Source of the DNA: Heterodontus francisci
Lineage: Eukaryota
Length of the DNA: 64,000 nt
NCBI RefSeq assembly: GCF_036365525.1
Contig: NC_090378.1
Coordinates: 123,737,593-123,801,592, forward strand
Reading direction: 5' to 3'
Each line of letters begins with the position of its first letter. Within the stretch, counting starts at the first letter, position 1. Both the position numbers and the translations under genes were made by a program. Below, piece by piece: positions 61,759-64,000 of the stretch. Under the pieces are notes generated by a model that saw only the letters and a program-made list of their open reading frames with translations, searched no databases and was not told where the DNA came from.

Positions 61759-64000
61759 ACACACAGTCCCACCTCCTGCACTGACACGTCCCACAGTTAT
61801 ATATAATATATAATAATGGACACACAGACCCACCTCCTGTACTGACACATCCCACAGTTATATATAATATATAATAATGAACACACAGACCCACCTCCTG
61901 TCCTGACACATCCCACAGTTATATATAATATATAATAATGGACACACAGTCCCACCTCCTGCACTGACACATCCCACAGTTATATATAATATATAATAAT
62001 GGACACACAGTCCCACCTCCTGCACTGACACGTCCCACAGTTATATATAATATATAATAATGGACACACAGTCCCAACCCCTGTACTGACACGTCCCACA
62101 GTTATATATAATATATAATAATGGATACACAGTCCCAACCCCTGCACTGACACGTCCCACAGATATATATAATATATAATAACGGACACACAGTCCCAAC
62201 CCCTGCACTGACACGTCCCACAGTTATATATAATATATAATAATGGACACACAGTCCCACCTCCTGTACTGACGCATCCCACAGTTATATATAATATATA
62301 ATAATGAACACACAGACCCACCTCCTGTACTGACACATCCCACAGTTATAAATAATATATAATAATGGACACACAGTCCCACCTCCTGCACTGACACGTC
62401 CCACAGTTATATATAATATATAATAATGGACACACAGTCCCACCTCCCGCACTGACACATCCCACAGTTATAGATAATATATAATAATGGACACACAGTC
62501 CCACCTCCTGTGCTGACACATCCCACAGTTATATATAATATATAATAATGGACACACAGTCCCACCTCCTGTACTGACACATCCCACAATAATATATAAT
62601 ATATAATAATGGACACACAGTCTCACCTCCTGTACTGACACATCCCACAGTTATATATAATATATAATAATGGACACACAGTCCCACCTCCTGTACTGAC
62701 ACATCCCACAGTTATATATAATATATAATAATGGACACACAGTCCCAACCCCTGCACTGACACGTCCCACAGTTATATATAATATATAATAATGAACACA
62801 CAGTCCCAACCCCTGCACTGACACGTCCCACAGTTATATATAATATATAATAATGAACACACAGTCCCAACCCCTGCACTGTCATGTCCCACAGTTATAT
62901 ATAATATATAATAATGGACACACAGACCCACCTCCTGTACTGACACATCCCACAGTTATATATAATATATAATAATGAACACACAGACCCACCTCCTGTC
63001 CTGACACATCCCACAGTTATATATAATATATAATAATGGACACACAGTCCCACCTCCTGCACTGACACATCCCACAGTTATATATAATATATAATAATGG
63101 ACACACAGTCCCAACCCCTGCACTGACACGTCCCACAGTTATATATAATATATAATAATGAACACACAGTCCCAACCCCTGCACTGACACGTCCCACAGT
63201 TATATATAATATATAATAATGAACACACAGTCCCAACCCCTGCACTGTCATGTCCCACAGTTATATATAATATATAATAATGGACACACAGTCCCACCTC
63301 CTGTACTGACAGATCCCACAGTTATATATAATATATAATAATGGACACACAGTCCCAACCCCTGCACTGACACGTCCCACAGTTATATATAATATATAAT
63401 AATGAACACACAGTCCCAACCCCTGCACTGACACTTCCCACAGTTATATATAATATATAATAATGAACACACAGTCCCAACCCCTGCACTGACACTTCCC
63501 ACAGTTATATATAATATATAATAATGAACACACAGTCTCAACCCCTGCACTGACACGTCCCACAGTTATATATAATATATAATAATGAACACATAGTCCC
63601 AACCCCTGCACTGACACGTCCCACAGTTATATATAATATATAATGATGGATACACAGTCCCAACCCCTGCACTGACACGTCCCACAGTTATATATAATAT
63701 ATAATAACGGACACACAGTCCCAACCCCTGCACTGACACGTCCCACAGTTATATATAATATATAATAATGGACACACAGTCCCACCTCCTGTACTGACGC
63801 ATCCCACAGTTATATATAATATATAATAATGAACACACAGACCCACCTCCTGTACTGACACATCCCACAGTTATAAATAATATATAATAATGGACACACA
63901 GTCCCACCTCCTGCACTGACACGTCCCACAGTTATATATAATATATAATAATGGACACACAGTCCCACCTCCTGTACTGACACATCCCACAGTTATATAT
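61759..64000. repeat. 61-bp minisatellite (~37 units, runs off window end)
   Basis: Unit ACACACAGTCCCACCTCCTGCACTGACACGTCCCACAGTTATATATAATATATAATAATGG. Confidence 0.98.

Noticed and set aside
61310-61813. 167-aa ORF taken as the full Ig protein
   Set aside because: It starts in the leader intron and reads through the RSS; the real structure is leader exon plus V exon
61754-64000. J segment or germline-joined VJ
   Set aside because: No FGxG motif or reverse-oriented 23-RSS before the window end; the V retains its RSS

Overview
Repeat-rich vertebrate genomic DNA, almost certainly from a cartilaginous fish (shark-type SINEs, CR1/L2 LINEs and a shark-type kappa Ig light chain). The clearest gene is a germline, unrearranged kappa-type (NS4-like) Ig light-chain V segment at 61193-61725 (+). 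It has an octamer/TATA promoter, a split leader and a perfect 12-RSS; no J or C lies in the window. Manual splice-site reading gives three things the ORF track misses or shows only in part: a phase-consistent 4-exon, 197-aa orphan gene model (27808->23048, -), a COLGALT2-like exon with a dead splice donor (3138-3248, -), and a lone terminal-like exon (55840-55930, -). The rest is decayed or nested mobile DNA (Harbinger, Gmr1-type and other Gypsy LTR elements, Penelope with a hammerhead ribozyme motif, a tRNA/Deu-SINE-headed LINE, a hAT MITE) plus five minisatellites. These include a 15.7-kb 36-bp array with higher-order structure and a 61-bp array directly behind the V RSS whose units carry a 23-RSS-like motif. 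Family assignments come from recalled motifs; no database search was run.
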